A program made the position numbers and the translations under genes. Below are positions 51,674-60,888 of a DNA stretch of 64,000 nt, in pieces. The DNA lies in the NCBI GenBank assembly GCA_019311115.1, contig JAFDDB010000003.1:11852-75851 (forward strand). Direction: 5' to 3'. The notes under the pieces are model-generated. The model was not told where the DNA came from and searched no databases. It was given only the letters and a program-made list of their open reading frames with translations. Each line of letters starts with the position of its first letter. The stretch's first letter is position 1. The stretch is from Deltaproteobacteria bacterium. GTDB lineage: Bacteria; Myxococcota_A; UBA9160; SZUA-336.

Positions 51674-52504
51674 TCAGCGGTCGAGCGCTTCGTCGATCGC
51701 CGCGCAGAGGCGCTCCGCGAAGCCGGCCGGCGGGTCTGCGCGCGGGGTCAGGATCGCGACGCCGTCCGCGAGCGGGCTGGCGGCGAGGGCGCGCAGCTTC
51801 GCCGAGAAGTCCTCCCACGCTTCGGCCTCCGAACCGTGCGCGGACGGACGTACGCCGAGTCTTCGGGCGATGCGGCGCGCCGCGTCTGCGGGCACGCAGG
51901 GCATGAGCATCGGGACGATCGCGGCGGACGGCGCCCGCGACCTGACCTCGGCCGCCAACGCCTCGAACGGGGACGCGTCGAAGACCGGCTGCGTCTGCAC
52001 CAGGGTCGCACCGGCGTCGAGCTTGCGCAGCAGGTTGTGCAGCACGCGGTCTCGCGGTCCGTACTGGTTCATGGTCACGCCGACGCGCATCTCCGGACAG
52101 ACGTCGCGCAGCAACGCCACGACCTCGTGGACGCGTGGCGTCGCCGGCCCGTCCTTGTCGGTGCCCTCGCCGCGAATGCAGAGCGCGCTGCGCAGGCCGC
52201 CCGCCGCAGCGCGACGTGCATCGGACTCGATGTCGGCGCGCGCCTGGCCGCGGTTCACGACGTGCCAGACCGCCTCGAAGCCCGCGTCGGCCAGCAGCAG
52301 CGAGGCCTCCAGGCTCGGAAGACGATCGCTTCGCTGGATGACGTGAATGGCCTGCGCGCGGCCGTCCGTCAGGCGCGCGCGGCGAAGCAGGATCTCAGGC
52401 CGTAGCTCGCGCGGCGAGGTGATCTCGAGCGCGACGGGGAAACGCCCGTCGCGAAGCGCGTCGGCGAACGGCGACGGAGTGTCGGGTGCGGGGAACCGGG
52501 TCAC
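51674..52504 (-). CDS. Methylenetetrahydrofolate reductase-like flavoprotein (MetF fold)
   Basis: ALEI.SP, LCIRGE, K.DAGA...QTQPVFD; divergent from typical MetF. Confidence 0.7.
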   Translation of the reverse strand: MTRFPAPDTPSPFADALRDGRFPVALEITSPRELRPEILLRRARLTDGRAQAIHVIQRSDRLPSLEASLLLADAGFEAVWHVVNRGQARADIESDARRAAAGGLRSALCIRGEGTDKDGPATPRVHEVVALLRDVCPEMRVGVTMNQYGPRDRVLHNLLRKLDAGATLVQTQPVFDASPFEALAAEVRSRAPSAAIVPMLMPCVPADAARRIARRLGVRPSAHGSEAEAWEDFSAKLRALAASPLADGVAILTPRADPPAGFAERLCAAIDEALDR

Positions 52505-52508
52505 CCCG

Positions 52509-53285
52509 CTAGCGTAGGAACTCCAGGATTGCGTCGGCAACGGCCTCGGGCGCGTCGAACCACGCCGCGTGACCCGCGCCTTCGATCGACCGAACGATCG
52601 TCGGTCCCGAGATCGCGTTCGCGAAGCGCTTGGCGTAGCTGGCTGGAATCAGCCGGTCCTCGCTCCCCCACAGAATCAGGGTCTCGTTGCGCAGCCGGTG
52701 GAGCCGCTTCGCGACGCCGGTGTCGGTCGTCGGCCAGAGCAGGCGCGCGGCGGTCTCCGAGGCCCGCAGCAGCATGACCTGGTGCTCGATCGGGTCTCCG
52801 CCCTCGGGCACCGCCATGGCCGCGGCGAGCTTCTCGGGGGCTGCGCTCAGCAGGCTCACGTCGCCGGGCCTCACGGCCCACGCATCCGTGACCGGCTCGG
52901 AGTCTTCCCACAAGCCGAACGGCGCGACGAGCGCCAGGCGCCGGACCAGCCCCGGCGCGAAGATCGCGGCCTCCATCGACAGCGTCGCTCCGACCGACGT
53001 TCCGACCAGGTCGGCTCCCGCGACCCCCGCGGCCTCGAGCAGGTCGAGAGTGGCCGCGATCCAGTCGACGTGGCCGTCGATGCGATCGTGCCCCAGGCCG
53101 CCGGGAAAACCGGGAATCGACGGCACGACGACGCGCCGCTCGGCGCTGAGTCTCTCGAGGAAGGGCGACCACTCGAGCGCGCCCGGTGCACCGAGCAGCA
53201 CTCCGAGAAGGGGCCCGTCGCCCTTCTCCCAGACCCGGCAGGGCCGTCCATTGACCTCGACGCTGCGCTCCGAAACCGCGCTCAC
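52509..53285 (-). CDS. Alpha/beta hydrolase
   Basis: GTSVG nucleophile elbow, WG.ED, AGH; GTGA coupling with the LLM gene. Confidence 0.88.
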   Translation of the reverse strand: MSAVSERSVEVNGRPCRVWEKGDGPLLGVLLGAPGALEWSPFLERLSAERRVVVPSIPGFPGGLGHDRIDGHVDWIAATLDLLEAAGVAGADLVGTSVGATLSMEAAIFAPGLVRRLALVAPFGLWEDSEPVTDAWAVRPGDVSLLSAAPEKLAAAMAVPEGGDPIEHQVMLLRASETAARLLWPTTDTGVAKRLHRLRNETLILWGSEDRLIPASYAKRFANAISGPTIVRSIEGAGHAAWFDAPEAVADAILEFLR

Positions 53286-54526
53286 GACGCCACCGGACGA
53301 GGCTCGGCGCGCCGACCCGAGGCGAGCGGCTTCGGCCACCACTCGTTCTCCCACTCGTCCTCGAACAGCCCCTGTAGCTGGGGCATGACCTTCGAGGCGA
53401 AGAGCTCGGAGTTGTGCATCGTCAGCTCCTTGCTCATGTTGCCGAACTGGAGCAGGAGCATGAGCTGACCGACGTTGAGCGACGTCGCGACGGTGCGCAG
53501 CTGATCGGCCACCTCGTCGGGACTGCCGATGACGACGTAGCCCTGCTCGACGATCTGGTCGAAGTCCTGGGCGATCGCCGGCCCCCCGCCCGCCCCCGCC
53601 GCCTGCGACACCATCGAGCGTACACGCGCGCGCACGCTGGCCTCGGTCGTGTAGCCCGGCGGCGCCGCAAAGCGCGGGTCGATGTGAAGGCAGCGGCCGT
53701 AGAAGTACTCGGCCGGCTCACGGTACAGCTTCATCGCCTCTTCGCGCGTGTCGGCCACGCCGACGAACTGGAGGAAGCCCGCCCTGAAGGGGTTCCGGTC
53801 CTTGCCCAGCTCGTCCATCTCGTTCCAGAAGCCCTGCATCGTCGCCAGGCCCCGCTTGTACCCGAAATACGACAGGTACGCGTACACGTAGTCCATCTCG
53901 GCGCACCAACGCCAGGTCTCGACCGAGCCGCCGCCGGGAATCCAGATCGGCGGGTGCGGCTTCTGGATCGGGCGCGGCCACACGTTGACGTAGCGCTGCT
54001 TGTTGAAGCGGCCGTTCCAGGTGAACGGCTCGCGCGAGGTCCACGCCTTCATGATCAGGTCGTGCGCTTCGTAGTAGCGGTCGCGCAGCGTGCTCGGGTT
54101 CTGCCCGTACGCGTAGCAGGTGTCCATCGGCGTGCCGACGGGGAACCCGGCGACGAGCCGCCCGCCCGAGATGCAGTCGAGCATCGCCATCTCTTCAGCG
54201 ATGCGCGTCGGCGGATTGTAGAGCGCCAGCGAGTTGCCCATGACCACGATCGCAGCGTCGCGCGTGCGGCGGGCGAGCGTCGACGCGATCAGGTTCGGGG
54301 ACGGCATCAGCCCGTAGCCGTTCGAGTGGTGCTCGTTCACGCAGATGCCGTCGAACCCCTGCTCGGCCGCGTGCTCGAGCTCGTCCATGAAATCGTTGTA
54401 GATGGTGTGTACGAACGCGGGATCGAGCAGTCCCGAGTCGATGTCGACCCAGACCCCCGGGTGCTTCTCGCGAAAGTCGTCCGGGAGATCCGTGTACGGC
54501 ATCAAGTGGAACCAGCAGAGCTTCAC
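53282..54526 (-). CDS. LLM-class (luciferase-like) flavin-dependent monooxygenase
   Basis: GFDGICVNEHH, MPSPNL, P.RIAEE.AMLD.ISGGR, PRPIQKPHPPIW. Confidence 0.93.
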   Translation of the reverse strand: MKLCWFHLMPYTDLPDDFREKHPGVWVDIDSGLLDPAFVHTIYNDFMDELEHAAEQGFDGICVNEHHSNGYGLMPSPNLIASTLARRTRDAAIVVMGNSLALYNPPTRIAEEMAMLDCISGGRLVAGFPVGTPMDTCYAYGQNPSTLRDRYYEAHDLIMKAWTSREPFTWNGRFNKQRYVNVWPRPIQKPHPPIWIPGGGSVETWRWCAEMDYVYAYLSYFGYKRGLATMQGFWNEMDELGKDRNPFRAGFLQFVGVADTREEAMKLYREPAEYFYGRCLHIDPRFAAPPGYTTEASVRARVRSMVSQAAGAGGGPAIAQDFDQIVEQGYVVIGSPDEVADQLRTVATSLNVGQLMLLLQFGNMSKELTMHNSELFASKVMPQLQGLFEDEWENEWWPKPLASGRRAEPRPVAS

Positions 54527-54527
54527 G

Positions 54528-55301
54528 TCACTTGCCCTTCCACTTCGGCGACCGCTTCTCGGCGAACGCGCGTGGCCCCTCGATGAAATCCTCGGACCCG
54601 TACATGGCGACGATCTCGTCGTAACGCTGCGCCATCGCCTCCTCGACGCCTGCGAAGGCCAGGCCGCGCGTCGCCGCGGCCTTGCTGGCGCGGACCGACA
54701 GCGGCGCGCACTCCAGGATCTGCTCGGCCCAGCCGCGCGCCGCCTTCATCAGCTGGTCGGCGGGCACGACCTCGTTCGCGATCCCGAGCCGTACGGCCTC
54801 GTCCGCCGGAACGCGCCGTCCGGTGAGCAGCATTCCCATGGCGGGCTTCAGTCCGATCTGGCGCGGAAGCCGGTGGATGCCGCCGGCGAGCGCGGCCAGT
54901 CCGACGCGCGGCTCGGGAAGCGCGAAGATAGCGTTCTCCGACGCTACGATGATGTCGCAGGCCAGCGCGATCTCGAAGCCGCCGCCCATCGCGACGCCGT
55001 TCACCGCCGCGATCACCGGCTTGGCATTGTCGTGGCGCGCGGTGAGGCCGGCGAAGCCCGAGTCCGGCGACCACATCTTGCCGCCCGAGGCCTGGTACTT
55101 CAGGTCGTTGCCCGCACTGAACGCGCGCTCGCCGGCTCCGGTGATGATCGCGACCCACTGGTCGGGGTCGGCTACGAACTCGTCGAACGCGGCCGCCAAC
55201 TCGTCGTTGGCCGGCGGGTGCAGCGCGTTCATGACTTCGGGGCGGTTGATGGTGACGATGGTCACGCGCCCGTCGCGCTCGACCTTGCAGAACTCGGCCA
55301 T
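54528..55301 (-). CDS. Enoyl-CoA hydratase family (CaiD-like)
   Basis: AFSAGNDLK, AMGGGFE, LPEPRVG, EGP.AFAEKR.P.W. Confidence 0.92.
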   Translation of the reverse strand: MAEFCKVERDGRVTIVTINRPEVMNALHPPANDELAAAFDEFVADPDQWVAIITGAGERAFSAGNDLKYQASGGKMWSPDSGFAGLTARHDNAKPVIAAVNGVAMGGGFEIALACDIIVASENAIFALPEPRVGLAALAGGIHRLPRQIGLKPAMGMLLTGRRVPADEAVRLGIANEVVPADQLMKAARGWAEQILECAPLSVRASKAAATRGLAFAGVEEAMAQRYDEIVAMYGSEDFIEGPRAFAEKRSPKWKGK

Positions 55302-55420
55302 GGCAGATCCTCCGCGCGGGCCGCGCCGTCGTCGCGGAAGGGTCCGCTGGGCAGGCCGCTGGCGCCGAGGGTACCATGCGGCCCGCTGGCTCCCGAGTGG
55401 CGCCCGGCGAGGAGGTTCCC

Positions 55421-56191
55421 TTGGACGACCTGTTCTCGGTAGAAGGAAAGTCGGTTCTGGTCACGGGCGGGTCCCGCGGCATCGGCCTGATGATCGCGCG
55501 CGGCTTCGCGGAGCGGGGCGCGCGCGTCTACGTGTCTTCGCGCAACGCCGAGGCCTGCGACACCGTCGCCGGCGAACTCTCGAAGGCGGGGAACTGCTTC
55601 TCGCTGCCCGCCGACCTGTCCACGCAGGACGGCGTGCTCGGCCTGGCCCGCGAGATGAGCGAGCGCGAACCGGCGCTCGACGTGCTCGTGAACAACGCCG
55701 GCGCGAACTGGGGCGAGCCGTACGAGCAGTTCCCGGAGTCCGGCTGGGACAAGGTCATGACGCTCAACGTCAAGTCGATCTTCTTCCTGACGCGCGAGCT
55801 GACACCCGCCCTGCGCAATGCGGCCAGCCCCGACTCGCCCTCGCGGGTCATCAACATCGGCTCGATCGACGGGCTGAAGGTGCCGGGCCTCGAGACCTAC
55901 GCGTACTCGGCGTCGAAGGCCGCCGTCCACCACTTGACCCGGGTGCTCGCCGGCAAGCTGGCGCCCGACGACATCACGGTGAACGCGATCGCCCCCGGTC
56001 CGTTCGAGAGCAAGATGATGGCCGCGACGCTGGCGGCGGCGGGCGACGCGATTGCCCGGACCAATCCCCGAAAGCGGATAGGCGTGCCGGACGACATGGC
56101 GGGCGTGGCGGTGTTCCTCGCCTCGAAGGCGTCCGCGTACATCACCGGCGCGGTGATTCCGGTCGACGGGGGTATCAGTACGACTCTCTGA
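55421..56191 (+). CDS. SDR oxidoreductase
   Basis: TGGSRGIG, NNAGANWG, YSASK, PVDGG; TTG 55421 with GAGGAGG RBS. Confidence 0.92.
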   Translation: MDDLFSVEGKSVLVTGGSRGIGLMIARGFAERGARVYVSSRNAEACDTVAGELSKAGNCFSLPADLSTQDGVLGLAREMSEREPALDVLVNNAGANWGEPYEQFPESGWDKVMTLNVKSIFFLTRELTPALRNAASPDSPSRVINIGSIDGLKVPGLETYAYSASKAAVHHLTRVLAGKLAPDDITVNAIAPGPFESKMMAATLAAAGDAIARTNPRKRIGVPDDMAGVAVFLASKASAYITGAVIPVDGGISTTL

Positions 56192-56292
56192 CCGTATCGA
56201 TTCGGGACAGTTCCTCTGCTGCGATACGTCATCGAATCCGATGACCCTGGAACTGGGGTGGTAGCCACCATTCGACGCGCTAAGGTCAGAAC

Positions 56293-57048
56293 GTGACTTC
56301 CACCGACGAGCGAGTGTCGGTCTCCGACCAGGTACTTCGCGAACTGCGGCACCAGATCCTGACTGGCGAACTCTCGCCGGGTGACACGTTGCCGGGGGAG
56401 CGTGCGCTGAGCAAGCGCTTCGGTGTCAACCGAGGGGCGGTACGCGAGTCCCTGAAGCGCCTCGAGCAGTCGGGCCTGATCAAGATCCAGCACGGTGAGT
56501 CCACGCGCATCCTCGACTTCCGGCACGCCGGAACGCTCGATGTGATGACCGAGCTGGTCGACATGCCCGGGGGGAAGGTCGATCTCGAAGCATTGCGCGG
56601 GCTGCTGCTGCTTAGTATCAGCGCGTGCACCGCCGCGGCCCGGCTCGCTGCGGGAGCCCACCCCGAGGCTGGCGAGGTGCTGCATGTCGAGATCGCGAAG
56701 CTCGAGTCCGCCCAGGGCGTCGTGCGGGCGATCGTCGCGGCTCGCATCGCCTACTGGGACGTGCTCTTCGAGGCATGCGGCGACCTGGGGCACCGCATGC
56801 TCTGGAACTCGATCCAGAAGGCGGCGTTGCCCTTCGCGCGGTTCGTCGAGGAGCACTATGTCGACTCGACGACCGAAGTCGATTACCTGGAGCGAATCGC
56901 AAAGACGGTGACCGAAGGCGACCCGGAAGCGGCCGAGCGCGCGGTGCGCGAGGCGTCGCAGTACGGGGTCGTTCCGCTCCTGAGCCGGATCAAGGCGCGA
57001 CGGGAACGCGGTGAGCGTTTCGTGATTCTGGAGCCGCTGACAGGCTAG
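56293..57048 (+). CDS. GntR/FadR-family transcriptional regulator
   Basis: PGDTLPGER.LS..FGVNR.AVRE.LKRL wHTH. Confidence 0.9.
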   Translation: MTSTDERVSVSDQVLRELRHQILTGELSPGDTLPGERALSKRFGVNRGAVRESLKRLEQSGLIKIQHGESTRILDFRHAGTLDVMTELVDMPGGKVDLEALRGLLLLSISACTAAARLAAGAHPEAGEVLHVEIAKLESAQGVVRAIVAARIAYWDVLFEACGDLGHRMLWNSIQKAALPFARFVEEHYVDSTTEVDYLERIAKTVTEGDPEAAERAVREASQYGVVPLLSRIKARRERGERFVILEPLTG

Positions 57049-57059
57049 AATCCGGCGCC

Positions 57060-58385
57060 TTGTCGCCGCCCTCCCCCACTCCTGCCGCGCCTGCTTCTTC
57101 GATCGATGGAGGGGGCATCCCGAGCGAGCGCGAGTTCCTCGAGCAGGTGCACGCGAACCTGCCCCGGAACTACTCCGCGCACCTGCTGCACGGCCTGCTC
57201 GGCCAGACGGGCTTCCGCCTGGTGCAGGCCCCGACCTTCGTGCCCGCCTACCTGCAACTGCTCTCGGGCTCCGACCTCGTCGTCGGCCTCGCGCGCGGCG
57301 CCCAGGCCCTGGGCCAGTGCCTGACGCCGATCTTCGGCGCGACGCTGATCGAGCACCGCCGCCGGGTCCTCGGTCTCGGCCTCGTCGTCGGCGCACTCAT
57401 GCGCCTGCAGGTGCTGTTCTTCGCGCTGGCGGGGCTGCTGCTGGTCGGGAACCTGCGCATCGCCGCCATCTGCGGCTTCCTCGCGCTCTTCGGCCTTTTC
57501 ATGGGCATGCAGGGCGTCATCTTCAACGTCCTCCGCTCCAAGGTGATCCCCGTCGAGCGCCGTGGCGTGCTGTCGGGACTGCGCAACGCGCTGGCCGGAC
57601 TGGTCAGCTCCGGCGTCGCGTACCTGGGCGGGCGTTACCTGGTCGAGCCGAACGTGCTCGGCAACGGCTACGCCGTCACCTTCCTGGTCGCGTTTGGGTT
57701 CACCACGATGGGCCTGGCGTCGCTCCTGCTGATGAAGGAGCCCGCCTCTCCGACGGTGCGCGTACGGACGTCCGTAACGGGAAGACTGCGCGACGCGCTC
57801 CCGTTGCTGCGCGCGGATCGCGACTACGCGGGCTACGTGGTCGCTCGCGCGTGCGCGCGCATGGGGCAGATGTCGCTGCCGTTCTGCATCCTCTACGCGA
57901 AGACCCAGATGGTCGTCGACGGTGGCGACCTCGGGCTGATCACGGCCGCGTGGCAGCTCTCGAGCACCACGACGGGGCTCTTCTGGGGACTGGTCGCGGA
58001 CCGCACCGGCTTCCGGCTGATCTTCCTGGTTTCGATCGCGATCTGGATGGCCTCGGTCGCTGCGCTGATCGCGAGCGCAGGCTTCGTCGCGCTGCTGCTG
58101 GTGTTCATCGGCATCGGAGCCGGCATGGGCGGGTTCCAGATGGCGGCGCAGAACATGGTGCTCGAGTTCGGGGGGCGGGAGGACCTGCCCCTGCGCATCG
58201 CCCTGACGAACACGACGGCCGAGATCGTGGGGGTGATCGGTCCCGTCTCGGGCGGATTGATCGCGCTGTGGTTCGGCTATCTGCCCGTCTTCTGGGTGGC
58301 GCTCGCGTTCCAAGGCGCCGCGCTCGCGATCATGTGGCTCCGCGTCAGAGAGCCACGGACCCGCGGAGAGCTGGTGCTGGAGTAG
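57060..58385 (+). CDS. MFS transporter
   Basis: About 12 hydrophobic segments; WGLVADRTGFR (MFS motif A-like); IPVERRG. Confidence 0.88.
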   Translation: MSPPSPTPAAPASSIDGGGIPSEREFLEQVHANLPRNYSAHLLHGLLGQTGFRLVQAPTFVPAYLQLLSGSDLVVGLARGAQALGQCLTPIFGATLIEHRRRVLGLGLVVGALMRLQVLFFALAGLLLVGNLRIAAICGFLALFGLFMGMQGVIFNVLRSKVIPVERRGVLSGLRNALAGLVSSGVAYLGGRYLVEPNVLGNGYAVTFLVAFGFTTMGLASLLLMKEPASPTVRVRTSVTGRLRDALPLLRADRDYAGYVVARACARMGQMSLPFCILYAKTQMVVDGGDLGLITAAWQLSSTTTGLFWGLVADRTGFRLIFLVSIAIWMASVAALIASAGFVALLLVFIGIGAGMGGFQMAAQNMVLEFGGREDLPLRIALTNTTAEIVGVIGPVSGGLIALWFGYLPVFWVALAFQGAALAIMWLRVREPRTRGELVLE

Positions 58386-59604
58386 CCTCGACCGCCCGGC
58401 GGCGAGCCAGCTCGTCCGCGAAGCGTGCGGCCGCGTCGACGACGCGGTGTGTGCGTGCGGACCAGAAGCACTCGAAGGCGTGCTGCGCGCCGGGGATCTC
58501 GGCCCAGAGCACCGGCTCGTCCGAGACCTCGCGCAGGCGCTCGACGAAGCGGCGGGCCTGGCCGATCGGCACCAGCGTGTCGGCGTCTCCGTGGATCACG
58601 AAGAAGGGCGGCGCGTGCGCGCCCGCGCGAGCGAGCGGCGAGCCGCGCTCGTAGGCGTCGGGGTCCTCTTCGACCGCGTCCTTCATCACGCGCTCCTCGA
58701 GCAGGCGCCGCACCCCGTCGTGCGGCCAGTCTCCCGCGCGGTCGGCCAGGTCGTACACGCCGTAGAACGAGATGCAGCCCTGCACCGCCGTGTCGGCGGA
58801 CTCGAAGCCCGGCTGGTACTCCGGATCGTTCGCGGTCAACGCGAAGAGCGACGCCAGGTGGCCGCCGGCGGACCCGCCGGTCACGACCACGAAGTCGGGA
58901 TCGAGCGCGTACGTGTCGGCCTGCTGCCGCAGCCAGACGAGCGCGCGCTTCACGTCCACCAGGTGGTCCGGGAACGTCGCCGCGGGGCTCAGCCGGTAGT
59001 CGACGGACGCGCAGGCCCAGCCGCGCGCCGCGAGCGTGTGCAGCAGAGGCAGCGCCTGCGTCCGGCGGTCCCCCATGATCCATCCGCCGCCGTGGATCTG
59101 CAGCAGCAGCGGGCTACGCTCGCTGGTGTCGGACGACGCGGGACGGTAGAGGTCGAGCCGCAGGTTCGAGCCGCGGACGCGGGCGAACTGCAGGCCACGC
59201 TGCACCTGGACGCCGGGGGGCACCTTGGGGATGGGCAGGGCGAGACGGTTCCAGTCGTGCGCGGCGCGCGGACCGGCACCCGCGGAGCCGAAGCCCTCGC
59301 GCAGCGCCCGCTCGACCGCCACCCCCGCCCGCTCGCCGCGGATGTAGGCCACGCCGAGCCCGGCCCAGGATGCGACGCTGACCGCGAGCCCGAGTCGCCC
59401 GGCGCCGTCCTCGAACGCCCCGAAGACCGCGAAGACCCCCGTGACCACCACCTGGAACGCGATGGCGTGGAGCGCCAACTCACCCGTGAGCCAGCCCGCC
59501 AGCCAGGAGACCGTCGAAAGTACCGGGTGGGACGCGTTGGGGCGCCAGACGTTGACGGTGAACGCCGCGCCCAACGCGCTCAGCAAGAGATAGAGCCAGC
59601 CCAC
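58345..59604 (-). CDS. Membrane-anchored HSL-family esterase/lipase
   Basis: N-terminal TM segments, HGGGW, GGSAGGHL, HG..D, AQHAF. Confidence 0.9.
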   Translation of the reverse strand: MGWLYLLLSALGAAFTVNVWRPNASHPVLSTVSWLAGWLTGELALHAIAFQVVVTGVFAVFGAFEDGAGRLGLAVSVASWAGLGVAYIRGERAGVAVERALREGFGSAGAGPRAAHDWNRLALPIPKVPPGVQVQRGLQFARVRGSNLRLDLYRPASSDTSERSPLLLQIHGGGWIMGDRRTQALPLLHTLAARGWACASVDYRLSPAATFPDHLVDVKRALVWLRQQADTYALDPDFVVVTGGSAGGHLASLFALTANDPEYQPGFESADTAVQGCISFYGVYDLADRAGDWPHDGVRRLLEERVMKDAVEEDPDAYERGSPLARAGAHAPPFFVIHGDADTLVPIGQARRFVERLREVSDEPVLWAEIPGAQHAFECFWSARTHRVVDAAARFADELARRRAVEATPAPALRGSVAL

Positions 59605-59672
59605 GCAGGCATTCTAGCGCGCCCGGGTCTTCGCTTGACGGAACGACGGACTCCCTGCTAAGACGCGGAGTT

Positions 59673-60881
59673 ATGGATCTCCGATACACCGACGAGTACG
59701 AGGCGTTCCGCACCGAGGTCAAGGGCTTCCTCGACGGCCACTGGCCACTGAAGGGCGACGAGGCCAAGCTCGACCTCGAGCAGGGGCACGCCCTGTTCCG
59801 CCAGCGCGCCATCGAGGCGGGCTACCTGGCCCGCCGCATTCCCAAGGTCTACGGCGGCTCCGAGCAGGAGCCCGACGTGCTCAAGGCGACCATCATCAGC
59901 GAAGAGTTCGCACGCGCCGCGGCCCCGGGCGAGGCGATGGGCCTGGGACCCAACCTGCTGGTGCCGACCCTTCTCGACCACGGGGACCAGTGGCAGAAGG
60001 AGAAGTTCATCGGCCCGACGATGCGGGGAGAGATCCGCTGGTGTCAGGGCTACAGCGAGCCCGGCTCGGGAAGCGACCTGGCCTCGCTGCAGACCCGCGC
60101 CGAGCTCCAGGGCGACGAGTGGGTGATCAACGGGCAGAAGATCTGGACGAGCGGCGCGCAGGCCGCCGACTACATGTTCTGCCTCTGCCGCACCGAGCCC
60201 GACGTGTCCAAGCACGCCGGCATCTCGTACCTGCTGATCGACATGAAGCAGCCGGGCATCGAGGTGCGCCCGCTCAAGCAGATGACCGGCGACTCGCACT
60301 TCAACGAGGTGTTCTTTTCCGACGCCAAGACACCCGCCGACTGGATCGTGGGCGAGCGCGGACAGGGCTGGATCGTGTCGCGCTCCACGCTGAAGCACGA
60401 GCGGAACATGATCGGAAACGCGTCGCGGACCGAGGGTCTGTTCCGCTCCGTCCTCAAGCTGGCGCAGCGCAGCCGGGTCGGCGGCAGGCCCGCGATCGAA
60501 GATCCGGCGATCCGGCGCCGCCTCGCGGAGCTCGAGGGCTACGTGATGGCGCACAAGTACTCCGGCTACCGGCTGCTGACGCACTCGGCGCGCGGGCAGG
60601 ATCCGGGCATCATGCAGTCGATGAACAAGCTGTTCACCACCAACTTCGGCCACGAAATCGCGAAGCTCTCGCTCGACCTGATCGGCGACGGCGGACTCGT
60701 CGGTCCCTCGGCGCGGGCCGGCCTGGCCGGGGCGGTGAGCGGCACGGGCGCCTGGGTGAACCAGTACATGGGATCGCTGGGGTCGGCGATCGCCGGCGGT
60801 ACCGCCAACATCCAGCGCAACATCATCGCCGAGCGCGGACTCGGCCTGCCGCGCGACCGGGCGGCCGAGACGAGCAAGTAA
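59673..60881 (+). CDS. Acyl-CoA dehydrogenase
   Basis: WCQGYSEPGSGSDL, NGQKIWTS, FNEVFF, IAGGT.NIQRN. Confidence 0.95.
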   Translation: MDLRYTDEYEAFRTEVKGFLDGHWPLKGDEAKLDLEQGHALFRQRAIEAGYLARRIPKVYGGSEQEPDVLKATIISEEFARAAAPGEAMGLGPNLLVPTLLDHGDQWQKEKFIGPTMRGEIRWCQGYSEPGSGSDLASLQTRAELQGDEWVINGQKIWTSGAQAADYMFCLCRTEPDVSKHAGISYLLIDMKQPGIEVRPLKQMTGDSHFNEVFFSDAKTPADWIVGERGQGWIVSRSTLKHERNMIGNASRTEGLFRSVLKLAQRSRVGGRPAIEDPAIRRRLAELEGYVMAHKYSGYRLLTHSARGQDPGIMQSMNKLFTTNFGHEIAKLSLDLIGDGGLVGPSARAGLAGAVSGTGAWVNQYMGSLGSAIAGGTANIQRNIIAERGLGLPRDRAAETSK

Positions 60882-60888
60882 CGATCCC

